Origin: Podarcis tiliguerta
Lineage: Eukaryota
Direction: 5' to 3' (one strand)
DNA length: 64,000 bases
NCBI GenBank assembly: GCA_965153285.1
Contig: OZ229120.1
The notes beneath the pieces were generated by a model. The model had not been told where the DNA came from. It did not search any database and saw only the letters and a list, made by a program, of their open reading frames with translations. Positions 38,262 to 51,433 of this stretch are shown piece by piece. A program made the translations under genes and the position numbers. The stretch's first letter is position 1. Every line of letters begins with the position of its first letter.

Positions 38262-39404
38262 CTGCAAAATAAAACAAAATTGTTCAGTATTATTAGAAAG
38301 TAATACAAATTAGAAAACCAGGAAGCACACACCATTCAGTTTTTAAAATTAAAAATGCATAAAGGATGAGTAAAAATCATCTGAACTTCTTTTACGTAAT
38401 TTTGCTGCATCTGCTGTACATAAAAGTATTATCTGGTTACTGATGTACACAAAAAAGAACTCCAAAATATAAAAGTGTTTATTAATTTCAATGGGTCTAC
38501 TCTGAGTAAAACTTAGTTGAATATCATCCCATGGTCTTCAAATATTTATTGCAAGAAAACAAGATGTATGCTCTCTTCCTGCAATTAATTTTACTATTTT
38601 GTTTTATATTTCTGCAAACTGCCTGAATGTTTTCTTACAATCATATAAATTTTGTTAAATAAATACTTTTTTGAGCCAGGATATGTTTTGACAAACTTTT
38701 CGTACTGAAGGTTTAAAATATTTAGTTATGCTTGATACTTCACTGGAAATTACATGAACATCTAGACAACAATGCAGATGTATACTGCCGTATGTGTTGC
38801 ACCCTAACCATTTGTTAAACTAATTACATTCATGGAAACTTTTTCCCCAGGACTTCCTTAGCAGAAGTGGCCTTTATCTTTTAGCCATTTTCAGGAGCAG
38901 CTGTAAAAACAAATCTCTTTTGTCCATGATAAATAACAATTCTACTCTGGTCCAACAGTGATAAGTGGTCCAAATGATACACAAAAACCATTAGATAAGA
39001 AATGAACTTGCTTTTGGCATCTATTGTATATAGCACCGAGGTACAATATTACTTAGAATAAATACATTTAATCCTCATCAAAAATGTAAAAAGTAAACTA
39101 TTAAGGCATCCGCTAATATACTCTTATTACTTGCTCTGTGTTTAAAAGCATTAAAAAAAATAATAATTGGGCACTTGAAAATAACTTTGCTGGCAAAGGT
39201 ACTTCAGGAATGATGTATGTGTTAGTTCACTGCTGCTAAGACAAAACCAATTTGCCACCACCACAAGGCACTGGAAGTCAATCCCCAGCAAATTCCAGTT
39301 AGTATGCTACTCAACGACAACCAATTTGTTAGTACTTCATAGTTTTTCTTTCAGTTAATTCCAAAGAAGTAAAAAAGGTATTCTCTAGTATTAATTTACT
39401 CCCA

Positions 39405-39533
39405 AATATTGTATGTTTTCCTAGATTATGGTTGTTCTTCCAGGTCTCTAGTCAATTATTAGTGATACAATATTGTATGTTTTCCTAGATTATGGTTGTT
39501 CTTCCAGGTCTCTAGTCAATTATTAGTAATACA
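39405..39533 (+). repeat. 64-bp tandem duplication (2 copies, 1 mismatch), MSH3 intron 20
   Basis: AATATTGTATGTTTTCCTAGATTATGG...TTATTAGT(G/A)ATAC starts at 39405 and 39469. Confidence 0.95.
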
Positions 39534-40838
39534 TGTAGCAGATGAGGTCCCTTGTCACCCAAATTATTATAATTTTTCATCTCTCCCCACTATTACACAT
39601 GCAGCAATACAGTTGCAAATTGCAAATTGTGCAGAGATCCAATTTAATTACTTATTTCAAGTGTTGATAAGAGACTCATCTGCACAGAGCAAATTCTATC
39701 TCGAAACAATTCAATAACTCCTGAGCCAACTAAATCACATTCCAGAGAATAAAGCATTTTGTACAATTATCAAACTTTAAATTCAATAGACAATTTAAAA
39801 AACCAAACACATTTTTCAGATTTTTTGTCTGCACCTATCAGACATAAAAAATATGCTTCTTTTTTATTAAAGTTACAAAAGAGGTATATCACTGCTGCCA
39901 GAATGTTTTTGATCCTATTAGATGATGTGCAACAGGGGCAGCATTGTTTAATTGACTTCTACATTTAGATTAGATAGCCTGTACAAGAAAATACACTCAA
40001 CGGACACATCAAAGCACAAAGGGGGTAAATGATTACTTGCTATAACCCTAAATTATTAATATGAATTTTCAGCGATAATCACGAGCAACTTCATAAACTG
40101 AAACTCTGAAAACAAACAGCATTTAAGGAAATCCTAGTTTCAAAGCAAATTGCTGCATCATGCAGCAGGGAAAAGCAGGTCTGAATTGCACACTGGTCAT
40201 GAGAGAACCTGCATACTCCTTAAGATCATTACAGACAGAAATATCATGTAATTAAAACATCCTGGAATCTGATGAGGTGGCAGTTGTGTCAAGTACATCA
40301 CTTTAGCAGTCACTGTTAAATTTCTTTCTAACAATGAATTAAGTTGGCTGCAAGCTGATTTTCCACATAATCACAAATCTATTCCTGATTGGTGAGTTAA
40401 AAATGGCTCAAAGATCAAACTGAGTGTTGAACTGGGTCATTAGGAACCTTTGGTGACAGTTTCCAGCTACCACAAGGTAACTCTCACGGGAAATAGGACC
40501 ATCCCACAAAACAGATGAAATGATGAGATGTAAATGGGAGACAGAAACATGTGGCCATGAAAAGGAGGAGACATGATAAGTAAATAAATGTGTTCCCTAA
40601 GTAGGTAGAGGATACACAGCCCAATGTGGAATCTGAGCCTTTAAGCATAACCCATCTTCATATTTCCAACTTTTCCACTGACCTTGAGTGCTAGAAACTT
40701 GCTCTTCTTTTCAAGAACGAAGCTATACACTGAGCCAATCAGCACACACAAATGATATTTTAAAAGAAATGTCTTATGAAGTGAAATTATAATTTACAAG
40801 ATTACTTATCTTTAAAACATGAAGCTTTGACATCTCAC

Positions 40839-40996
40839 CTGGTAAATATACCGGTCACAATACCAATTCTTGCTTCCTCAGCTGGTACATAGGAACCAAT
40901 TTGTGCCATGACTGTGATCAATGCAACCTGCTTTATGTAAGAGCTCTTTCCACCCATGTTAGGTCCAGTAATTATCATTACCCTTTGACCGTCTTC
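40839..40996 (-). CDS. MSH3: MSH3 exon 20 (Walker A)
   Basis: [52 protein letters not shown](R); P-loop GPNMGGKS; 158 nt; ccag| and AG|GTGAGA. Confidence 0.97.
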
Positions 40997-41489
40997 CTGG
41001 AGAAAGGGAAACTATCATTAAAATACTTTTCAAAAGCAGGTAATTCAACAGTTCCAGGACTGCAACCTCTGGACCAATGTCAAGGGTAGACCCACCCAGA
41101 GCACACTGCAGTAATCCAACCTTGAGGTTCTAATGCATGAACAACTGTGGTCAAGCTACCTCTGGCATCCCCATTCCACACTTCCCAGATACATATTGAA
41201 GACATAAAGACACTCCACACAAAATTAGCTGTTCAATCATAATAATGTAGTACCAATAGGTCTTCTGGCAATCAATGTCAAAAGACAGCAAACTGGGAGA
41301 GACATACATATGGCATAAAAATATCAGGCACGACCCACACCTCAGCTGTCACCTGAGACAAAAATGACTTCCTCCTCTCCTCCACCCAGGAAGGGTTCAG
41401 TTCTATGCTAAATTGGATTCTCACTGTAGGGGCATGATACCATTTGTCTCTCACATCACTGCAGGCTACTTCCAGTTTCTGACACTGTA

Positions 41490-41890
41490 AATGGTCTAGA
41501 GAACTGTGCACAGTATTCCAAATGCAGCCACATCATAGATTTGTATAATGGCATTTTGATACTGGCAGTTTTACTGTATTTTCAATTCCTTTCCCAATGA
41601 TCCCTAGCATGAAATAGCTGCCACACACTGGCATTCATTCAGCTATCCACTATCTGCTTTTTCAATAGGTTTCAATTATACACAATTTCACCAACACATG
41701 TAATGTCTCAGAACATAACCCTTGCATAAACAGGGGGCTGCCTGTAGCCCACTTATTCCTAATCTCTGCTTCCTGCTGCTTAACCAATTCCTGGCCCTAC
41801 TCTTATTCCATGACAGTTAAGTTTACCGTACTTGGCAGTCTTTCGTAAGGTACCCTGTCAAAAGCTTTTTGAAAGTCCAAGCACAGTATG
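41490..41890 (-). mobile_element. Old CR1 reverse-transcriptase remnant (an L2-like remnant also lies at ~41040-41160)
   Basis: AGAACTGTGCACAGTATTCCAA and TGTCAAAAGCTTTTTGAAAGTCCA are antisense LEYCAQF and DFQKAFD motifs. Confidence 0.6.
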
Positions 41891-41974
41891 AAATTAAGAA
41901 ACCATGTTCAGTGTCTTTTTAGTCTACTGGGGGGGGTTTAGGGGGCTAATCCACACCAAAAACATGGTGTTGTG

Positions 41975-42034
41975 GAAGAAGAAGAAGAAGAAGAAGAAGA
42001 AGAAGAAGAAGAAGAAGAAGAAAAAGAAGAAGAA
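41975..42034 (+). repeat. (GAA)16 AAA (GAA)3 microsatellite (SINE tail)
   Basis: Read directly from sequence. Confidence 0.97.
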
Positions 42035-42271
42035 TTTGGATTTGATATCCCGCTTTATCACTACCCGAAGGAGTCTCAAAGCGGCTAACATTCTCCTTTC
42101 CCTTCCTCCCCCACAACAAACACTCTGTGAGGTGAATGGGGCTGAGAGACTTCAAAGAAGTGTGACTGGCCCAAGGTCACCCAGCAGCTGCAGGTGGAGG
42201 AGCGGGGACGCAAACCCGGTTCCCAAAATTATGAGTCTATCGCTCTGAACCACTACACCACACTGGCTCTC
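41975..42271 (-). mobile_element. tRNA-derived SINE with (CTT)n tail (Squam3-like), MSH3 intron 19
   Basis: Minus strand begins GAGAGCCAGTGTGGTGTAGTGGTT (A box) ... CCGGGTTTGCGTCCCC (B-box-like), MIR/CORE-like GGGTGACCTTGGGCCAGTCAC, ends in (CTT)n. Appears full length. Confidence 0.85.
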
Positions 42272-42329
42272 TTACTGATAAATGTGTATTTACTGATACT
42301 TACTGATAAATACTGATGCTGATACTTAC

Positions 42330-42444
42330 TGATAAATGTGTATCATTTGGAACATACTGCTCTTGCTCTCCCAATAACACATCAATCACAGGGTGCTTCC
42401 CATTTTTTATCATTATCTCTGACCTTCCATCTTTTATGACAGGT
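42330..42444 (-). CDS. MSH3: MSH3 exon 19
   Basis: (R)[38 protein letters not shown]; 115 nt; ttcag| and TCA|GTAAGT. Confidence 0.94.
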
Positions 42445-42731
42445 CTGAAAAGAAAATTATGTTACAGCATGTTAGATGGAGTTTGGGGTGAGGCATCTGA
42501 AACCAGACTCTTGCTTTTTTGAAACTGAATCAATCGGGCCACAATCTACAGGAAATGTAAATCAATCCATCCTACCCAGGAACTATACTGTCTAATCTTT
42601 TGAAGCATCACTATGTGTCCTCAAATATGACAAACATACGTTTGACAGTACTCCTTTTTGTAGTCTAGTTTAAAAAAAATATATCAACAAAGCTAACCGT
42701 AATATTCTACCATTGTTTAGACAGTGATTAC

Positions 42732-42839
42732 CTGCAGTAGTCTCCTTGTTTGGCAACCTCAGCCAGGGAAAATATACAGTCCACAGTTGCTAAGTGACCC
42801 ACAGCTTTAGATATTGTGTAGTAATGGTCGTTAAAATCA
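42732..42839 (-). CDS. MSH3: MSH3 exon 18
   Basis: [35 protein letters not shown](R); 108 nt; AG/GT flanks, phases consistent. Confidence 0.95.
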
Positions 42840-44534
42840 CTATACAGAGGTAAATGGGGGGGTGGAGAGAGAAAGACGTGAATAAAATATTAATATGAAT
42901 AAAATGTTGAACTCCGTGGCAGCACAGGATAATGTTTTAAAATATTGCTATATAAAGTTCCTATATAAAGGTTTGGACCAGCACTTTTTTGGGGTAAAAA
43001 CTGAAAATAAAAAAGAGATGCTGGTACTCATATATGTGCAGTGGGTGTCAGCAAAAAATGGCTGCAGAAAAAAAAAGGTGCTGGTACTCTACTAAGAAGA
43101 GCTGTGTGTGTGTGTGTTTCTGTCTCTGTTTCACTCACACACAGAGACAGAGAGAGAGAACACCCTGGTTGGGACTATTCTTTAAAGGACAAACAAAATT
43201 AAATTAGACCATATGGAAAGGGTATATTAACAGTGCAATGAGGACTGCCAAAAGATGAAGAATTTATTGCATTAAAATAAGTATTTGCCCTCCTCTTATG
43301 AATTACTACTGCAAGACATTCGTGATATCAGGTGACACATTCTTCTTTTGTAGCATGTCAAGCCAAGTGATTGATGGTAGACGCTATACACAAACTAAAA
43401 GGGACAACAGGCCCTGCCTGCAGACTTACATACTAAAGATTGCCTAAACTTTCCATTTGTTAGGCAAGAAAGCAGGAGTAGGAATAGCTGGCAAAGCAGT
43501 GGCTGAGTCAGGGCTATGTGGGTGCACCAGTGGAGCCAATCCTGCACTCTTGCCAGTGCACCCACACTGTCCTGGCTTAGCTGCAGCCCTGACACACACA
43601 CACCCTGCCCAATCCAGGTAAGCAGGAGCAACACTGCTGTTGGAATGGCACCACCCCACCATACCAGTGCCTCATGCTTTCTTCTCTAACAGACTTTGTA
43701 CCATTGCAGTCTTTCTTTAAGAGCAGAACCTACCTCATATTGATCTGCAGCACTCTGTGCTAAGGTAGAGCTGTGTTACCCAGCTCTTCTGGCAGCTCCT
43801 CTCTGCCATTAGGGGGGAAGAATATGTTAAGTGTTGCCAGCAATACATGAGTGATGGTCCTGAGGCATAGCTGCTGTTTTTCTTCAACTGTTGTAGAAGT
43901 TGTCTGGGTACAACAGTGCCATTGGTGGAAAGAGGTGGACAGTCTGTCACTATAATTAATTTCCTAATGACATTCTAAAAGTCTTTTACTAGAGAAATGT
44001 CACATTCTTAAACTGAAAGTTCTTTTGACTTTGCTATTGTGCTATTGTGTTGTTCGTCAGGAGGCAAAGAGGGACATCTGCTCTGGGCTTCACAGTTAGT
44101 GCCCATGGCCAACAGCGCCACTGCCCCCCCCCCCATCTGCCTGGCAAGACTCTCCAACTCTGCCCTTTCTAGGGAAACGCAGGAAGGGGGGAGGTGGAGG
44201 GCTTTGCCAGCACTGCCACTGCAACAGCAGCAACAAGAGAAAAAAATGTAAGGGGGTAGGGGGAGATCACTTCTGCTAAAGTAGTGGCAAATCCTCTCCA
44301 CTACCAGCAAAAAGTAAGCTGGGGAGAGGAAGAGATCCCCCACTACAATGAAGAGGAACGACAGCAGAGACAGGAAGGATATGAAGGGGTACACATAGTG
44401 TAATCTGCTCTGGATTCTGCACTCCTTAGGGACAGTCCTATTTTGGTTTAATTCTGTTGATTATCTTAGGTTACTAGAGTGCACTGCTATAACTAGAGAC
44501 ACACTAGCATCTATTTCAGGTGGATCATCTCAAG

Positions 44535-44828
44535 AAGGGCTGTAGCTCACATATACAGAAGTTTCCAGGTTCAAACTCCATCATCTACCTGAAATTCTAG
44601 AGGGGTGATGTCAGTCAATGTAGACAATGCTAGGCTAGATGAACCAATGGTCTGACTCAGGCTTCCTCAACCTCAGCCCTCCAGATGTTTTGAGACTACA
44701 ATTCCCATCATCCCTGACCACTGGTCCTGCTAGCTAGGGATTATGGGAGCTGTAGGCCAAAAACATCAGGAAGGCCGAGGTTGAGGAAGCCTGGTCTGAC
44801 TTATAAGGCAGCTTCTGGTGTTCCTATG
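44535..44828 (+). mobile_element. Degenerate SINE (same family as 17230) interrupted by a hAT MITE
   Basis: GGGCTGTAGCTCA...CCAGGTTCAAACTCC head; CTAGATGAACCAATGGTCTGACT [MITE] TATAAGGCAGCTTC tail. Confidence 0.6.
44658..44793. mobile_element. Hairpin hAT MITE with perfect 8-bp TSD, nested in a SINE
   Basis: TIR CAGGCTTCCTCAACCTC / GAGGTTGAGGAAGCCTG; TSD GTCTGACT at 44650-44657 and 44794-44801. Confidence 0.92.
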
Positions 44829-45078
44829 ACCAATTAGGCTACCCTTTACTTACTTTATAAAAACTGTAAAATGTGATAGAAGTACTCAAATGGGTCGTGG
44901 CAGTTCTGCCTCTATTTTAAATATAACCACCTTTCGAAGTTCAGGTAAGCCTATAAGCAAGGCAAACTACACATCAGACGCTTCAATAATAATAATACGA
45001 ATTGTAAGCTTTATAGTTATATTTTGTAACCTACTTTATAATCTTATTTCAATAGAAAAAACTGAATTTGTAAACTCA

Positions 45079-45384
<306 letters not shown>

Positions 45385-46705
45385 TCATATCTGCTCAAAT
45401 ACTTTACTTGCAGTAAACATACCATTGTGCATCAAGCAAAAAAAACAAAACATTTTTACTTCATGGAGGTTCCCTTCTTATAGTCAAAATGTAACATGAG
45501 AAGCAGTCACAATTCCCTATTGTGAACACAATGTACCAGCAACTAAATCTACACAGCACTGTAACTTTACATTAACAGTTTTCAGGAAAGCAGGATAAAA
45601 AGAAATGAAGAGGAATGGGTATTGAAGGCTGCATGGAGAGAGATGCTAGACAAAGATTGGTCCATTTTGTTTACCTACCTGGTTTAGCCATATGTAGAAT
45701 CTATTACATAAGAGCTTCTTAAGAACATTTAACTCATTCTACAATGTTTATAATAGCCAAATATTTGATTAGAGCTTTTTCAGTGATCACCAAAATGTTC
45801 AAGTTTTCAGTTGGGTGGTTGTCATTTTTTTAAGTCCTTGAAAAAACAGTAAATCCTCCCCCCCCCCCCCCGTCTTCACATTTGTACATGGAAGTAATTC
45901 CAAGTTCTGTTGTGTAAGCCCAAGTAAATGTAGCCTTGGGTCCTCAGATTGGGCACTGCTGAGTGTACAATTTAGCATGTATTAGAAACTGGGCTTTTAC
46001 TGTTCCAGCTCCAGTCCTCTGGAATCAGTTATCACCTGGATTTAGACAACTGCCTAGTCTCTTGATATTTAGGCAACTATTGAAAACATTTTTTGCTTCA
46101 GAAGACTTTCCCTGAAGTGTGACTCAGTAATTTTATGGCCTCTTAATTGTACAAATACTACAATCTCATATTCTAAATAAACTATAAAATATACATATTA
46201 TGTTGTGAAAGCAGTTAAACAAGCTTAGTGTTGCTAAGAAAGTAAGTGCTGCATATGTTTCAATACTTCCCAAAAGAGAAAGGATAATCATTCTTTAACT
46301 ATTTCTCTATTTCTTGTTGCTTTTTCAAAACTGCTCTTTCAAACACAAAATGAAAAAGGAGCAGCTGTCCCAGTTCAGTTGCACAGATCTGTATGTAATG
46401 TTTAGTGAGGCCTTTCAGACATCTCAGGTATTTCTAAACTAACAACTTAAACCTTTATCTACCTGTTTTTAGGCCAAAGATAGTGTCTCTCGCTGCAATC
46501 TAGATAGCTTGCATTTACTTTTATTTCCATAGACTCTCTAATCCAAATTGGAGTTCTAGTTGAGAAAAATAATAATTATGCTACCACTAAAAACTGTTCT
46601 TATGTATTATATTTTGAATTGGGGGGGGGTGTTTTCCTACTCCCCCCCCCCGAAAAAATGCTCCAATCTGTGTCCTTGAAAGTTGACATGTAACAGAACA
46701 CACAA

Positions 46706-46860
46706 CATAGAATCTTAGAATAGAATTCTAGAGTTGGAAGAGACCCTGAGGATCATCTAGTCCAACCCCCTGCAATGCAGGAATATGTAGCTGTCCCATA
46801 CGGGGATCAGACCTGCAACCTTGATCTTATAAGCACCACACTCTAACCAACTGAGCTGTC
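46706..46860 (-). mobile_element. Second copy of the tRNA-Ile-derived SINE
   Basis: Reverse complement of the 25235 element: AGCTCAGTTGGTTAGAGTGTGGTGCTTATAA ... TTCCAACTCTAGAATTCTA. Confidence 0.8.
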
Positions 46861-48758
46861 TTTCTACAGCACTGAAATCTAACTGACAGACACAGAAAGT
46901 TACTAGTGATTTCCTATTTCTTTTGACAAGGCACCCAGGCCTTGAATATACTCAATGCAGATATTCACATTGGTGGCATGTTATGAACCTAAGACAGCTC
47001 CCTCCCTGCCCCCATTCTTTGATTGTGACATGTATATCCTGCTCTTACATGGGCAGCAGTTTCTCATTCAGACTACACTTGTTTATCTTCACTAATATTA
47101 CAGCATTTGGTGTTCCCAGACAATTCACCAGGCTCCTTCTGAAAGAGTTCTTTATATCTGCTTACACTTACATATATGCTTCTGAAACACAAAACCAGCA
47201 AACACAAGACACTGAAACAAAACGGGAAGATTGCCCAATGCATGTAGCACATGGATCAAGAACCTTTTGTTTTTCATGATAGTTTCTTGATTGGTACTCT
47301 TATCATTTTCATGAGCTTTTGATATGAGCACATGCTCCTAGATTCAATTTTATTTTTTTTGAATCAAAATAATCAATCAATTCTATGCTAAGAGACCTTT
47401 AGAGAAATCAAATTTATTCAGAAATAGGCTTCTACTGCTTTCTGTGTAAAATACATATTCCTTCCCTTCTTTGGTAACCCTGATTAAGCAAAGAAGTCCA
47501 ATGGCAATTAGTAAACAGAGCCCTTGTGATCTAGCATAACATTTCAAGAATATAATTCCAGAGGATGCTTTGACTGGGTGAAATACCTCAGGCTTTAATT
47601 CAGTCCTAGATTAAATTACCAGCTGGATGACTAGACATCATGTATGTTATAATATTTATTTTTTGCTTTAACATCAGATCCATTTCAGCTTACAAAGTTT
47701 AACTTGTTATGAGATGTACATACTATTTTTAAAGGGAAAATATTTAAGTAGTAATAAAAGATTTTAATTCCTCGCTGTGAATTAGTGGGAGCAAAGTCAC
47801 ACTGAAGTCTATGGGATGTACCTGCACATAACAGATGACAGGACTGCATTCTCAGTATAAAAAATAAAAGGAAGAAGGAAATCAGTTTATCTACCTCAAA
47901 CGTTATGTTACATTATGAACATCCACACATTATAAATGGAAGCTCCATGAAAGTAGAAAAACGTATTAACTAAGATTATATATAAATGATGAGAACACAG
48001 CTGTCCAAATATATGTCAGATTCTTTTGATGGGAAAATAGCCCTGAATTTAGTAAGGAATCTGACTACATTATGTGACTGAGTAAAGTACTGCAGACATA
48101 CATGGAATTCCTGCACCTACAGATATATTACTGTTAGGCCTGACTACAGCTTTTGAGCGGTCCTTAACAGACTCCCCATGGCTACTGCATCTTAAACCCT
48201 TCCTCATGGCAATACTCCACTGTAGTGCTGACTGGTCCACAAGCCTGCAAAGAGAGCATGGCAGGAGGCTGGCAACTGTCTCACCACTTCCCTGTGATGC
48301 AGTGCTTACTGGGCGGAGAAGAAATTTTCCTGATGGTGGTGATTCTGCAATGGGCTGCTGCCACCAAGTAAGCAAGCAGGCAAGCAGGAATGAAGCTGAC
48401 TCACAGTGGCAAGTGAACTGACCACCGTCAGGCAAACCAAGGAGTCAGCTTGAAGTGGTGACTGGCCGCTGCTGGGGACCTCTGTGTCCATAGGACCAGG
48501 TAAAGCAACATGCCTAGTGGGCTGTACTGGCATGTGTAGAAACCTGGAAATGCCCCCTTTGCCATGTGCTGATGCCAAGACTGATTACTGTACCTAAGAG
48601 TATTAGATACTGATTTAGAGTTTGCAAAGGTGTATTTAAAAACATTCATCCAACCCCACCATTCAGAACTTTAAGGTGCTTTCATGCAAATCATCTTCAT
48701 CATTAACGTAAATAAAATTAATGGTAATCATATTGCAAATTACATTATCTTTACATAC

Positions 48759-48823
48759 CTGCTAACTTTAATCCAATCATATGGTACAGAAGATAAAAGT
48801 GAATTCTTGACTTCAATCTGAAA
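48759..48823 (-). CDS. MSH3: MSH3 exon 16
   Basis: FQIEVKNSLLSSVPYDWIKVS(S), cf. human [22 protein letters not shown]; 65 nt; tttag| and AG|GTATGT. Confidence 0.92.
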
Positions 48824-50451
48824 CTAAAATATCTCTGCATTACTATTATTGTTATCATTGTTATTATTTATTCCATACTATCCCACCCTTCACAATCCAT
48901 GGGCTCCTGGGAGGAAAAGCAAGATACAAACATATAATGCATTCACATAAAGAAAAATTAAGTTGTACAAACCCTCTTGTTTGAACTACAACATTCCACA
49001 GTCCTAATATTTTACAGCAAAATACCAAAATCTTGCCACTGAGATTATTGCAGCCATCAATAGATGGCCCAACAAATTGTTATGTAAAATATCCTAGTCA
49101 AGTTTCTTCCCATGCTACCTCTTGTTACTACTTATGGTTTAACTTATCTGTTATAATGTCAGATTGTATAGCTAAAAGTGTGTGTGCTTATTTATTTATT
49201 GGATTTATATCCCACCCTTCTTCCAAAGGAGCCCAGGGCAGCAAAGTGGGTATCAAGTGTTACCTACTTTTAAAAACGATTCTCAATGCAAAAGCCAGAG
49301 AGCTGAGCTTATATCTATCTCACTTGTTCTTTGTTTACCCTTGAAAAAAAAGCTTTATCAACAGAAGATAATCTCTTTATATATGACTGTATCTAATATC
49401 TCGGATTAGAATGACAGTAGCAGGAAAAATGATTTGGAGTTAATGCACCTCTATTGGTTGCAAGTCGGCCCATTGGTTGGAAAACAGGTGTCCGGTTCAG
49501 AAATGGGGGCTAGGAAAATCAATGTAGCAAAGTGATATGGCAATTCAATGTTATGTATAATTTGGCATTTGATAGTCATCATACAAATCACGCATCTTTT
49601 GTCAAACTGACTGAAAAGGATTGTGTATCAACTATTTAGCTGCTGTCCTTCTATTTGCATTCCATTCAAAACATTTAAGCAGCATAAACAGCAGTAAAGA
49701 TTAACCTTTCTACTAGCAAGAAATCCAAATGATCTTTCACAAAAAAATGCACTTCATTTCTTTTATATAGGATATCAATACAACATCGGGGGAAAACATT
49801 TCTAAGCTGTTTAGCTTGCAGAAGCATTATTTATTCTGACAGCATATAACCTGCCTACCTAAAGATGAGTAAGAGGATCATTTTCTCACTTTTGAAGATG
49901 GGTTGGCAGTCTTACCCTTGTTTTGTCTTTTTATTATTTCCAAATCCTTTATTATATTGTATGGGTTCACTAATTAACCAATTCAGTTGCACTATAATTT
50001 ATTATCATCTGTGCTCAAGCAAGCTTTAATTTGGTAATCTATATGCTACTCTTAAATCGGTCTGATGAATTTCTCTTGAAGTAGCCAACAAGATTCTTGG
50101 AGAATACTCTCTCAACCATTATCTGTGAAAGTTGGTAATAGCTATATGGCAGAGATTGGCTGGATTTGTCAGATCACTGGACAATATCATTGTTGGAGGG
50201 GAATGTACTTTCTGACTGAAAGGAGGCAGCAGTAATATCCCAATTTAATATAAACTAGTCTCTCTACTTGTGGGTAATGTGCCTCTTCATGCAGTGCTTG
50301 GGAGGCCCTTTTTATTAACCCAGGTCAATGGGAACAAATACGAATTCCCCAGCAGCTTAAGAGGTTCTAGTCTTTGAAGCTATGTCTGCTGACAAATGAA
50401 CACTTGAACAAAATGTGACAAGAGAAAATATGAAGCAAATATTCAACTTAC

Positions 50452-50620
50452 TGCTTGTCCTGACACCGTAACATAATCCTTAGAGGGACAATTTAGGATT
50501 CTTCGTATATCCTGAAGGTGTAACTGGATCTGAGAGTGAACTTCCTGAATCTCATCCTTCCTCTTTCTTATTAAGGGAAATTCTTCAAGATCTTTGAACA
50601 GTTGGGTTTTGTCTCCACTT
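50452..50620 (-). CDS. MSH3: MSH3 exon 15
   Basis: [56 protein letters not shown]; 169 nt; GCA|GTAAGT. Confidence 0.95.
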
Positions 50621-51433
50621 CTAAGTATAGAGAATCCAACAGTTAAGATAGACACCCCCCAAAAGTACACACATTCCTTAATACTAACAAAAAAAGTACA
50701 GTATTTACATTCGTAACAAGAATAATATGTTACCAAATATATGTAATACTAACACACACATTAGTAAAAGAACAAACTCCATTACCTTTCAGATTAAGAA
50801 CAATATTTTAAGTGCATAAATAAAGCAAACTAAAGAAATAAACAATTTTGTTTCACTTGCAGGGATTACAGTCAAAGTACGGTAACTTTATGACATTTCA
50901 AAGCAATGCTGTAAACCGGGATATATAGCGTTTGATGTACAGAATGTAATAATAAAAAGAAACCAGTTAGTATAACTATTGTTCCCTGCCCCAGGAATTT
51001 ATGGTGAAGATTAAGAAATATTATTAAGAAACACTCAAGAAAACTAACTGCTCAAGGTTAAAAATGGACAGCTTAGAAACTGAACAATCTTTCAGTTCAG
51101 TAGAATTTATTCTATATTCACTTTCCATACTAACTGCACATTGAGTGTCTATGCTAGGTGGCTACTGTCAAACCAGTGGGTTCAAAGGCCTTTGACTGAA
51201 GGTAAGTGATGGGGCAACAGGGTAGCAGTAGTGGTGTCCAGGTAGCATGGCCAGGACAGAGGATTACAAGACCTTCTGTAAGAGCCATTCATTAATATTA
51301 CATAAGACTATTGTACCATGCTTATATAACAATTTAGACTGCAATCCTAACCCTATTTACCTGGAAATAAGCCCAACTGAATTCAGTACAGCTTATTTTT
51401 GATTAAACGTGGAAAGACTGCACTGTTACTTAC

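Noticed and set aside
41904-42248. Poly-Lys / poly-Leu ORFs (also 55315-55545)
   Set aside because: Translations of (GAA)n and (TTA)n retroposon tails.
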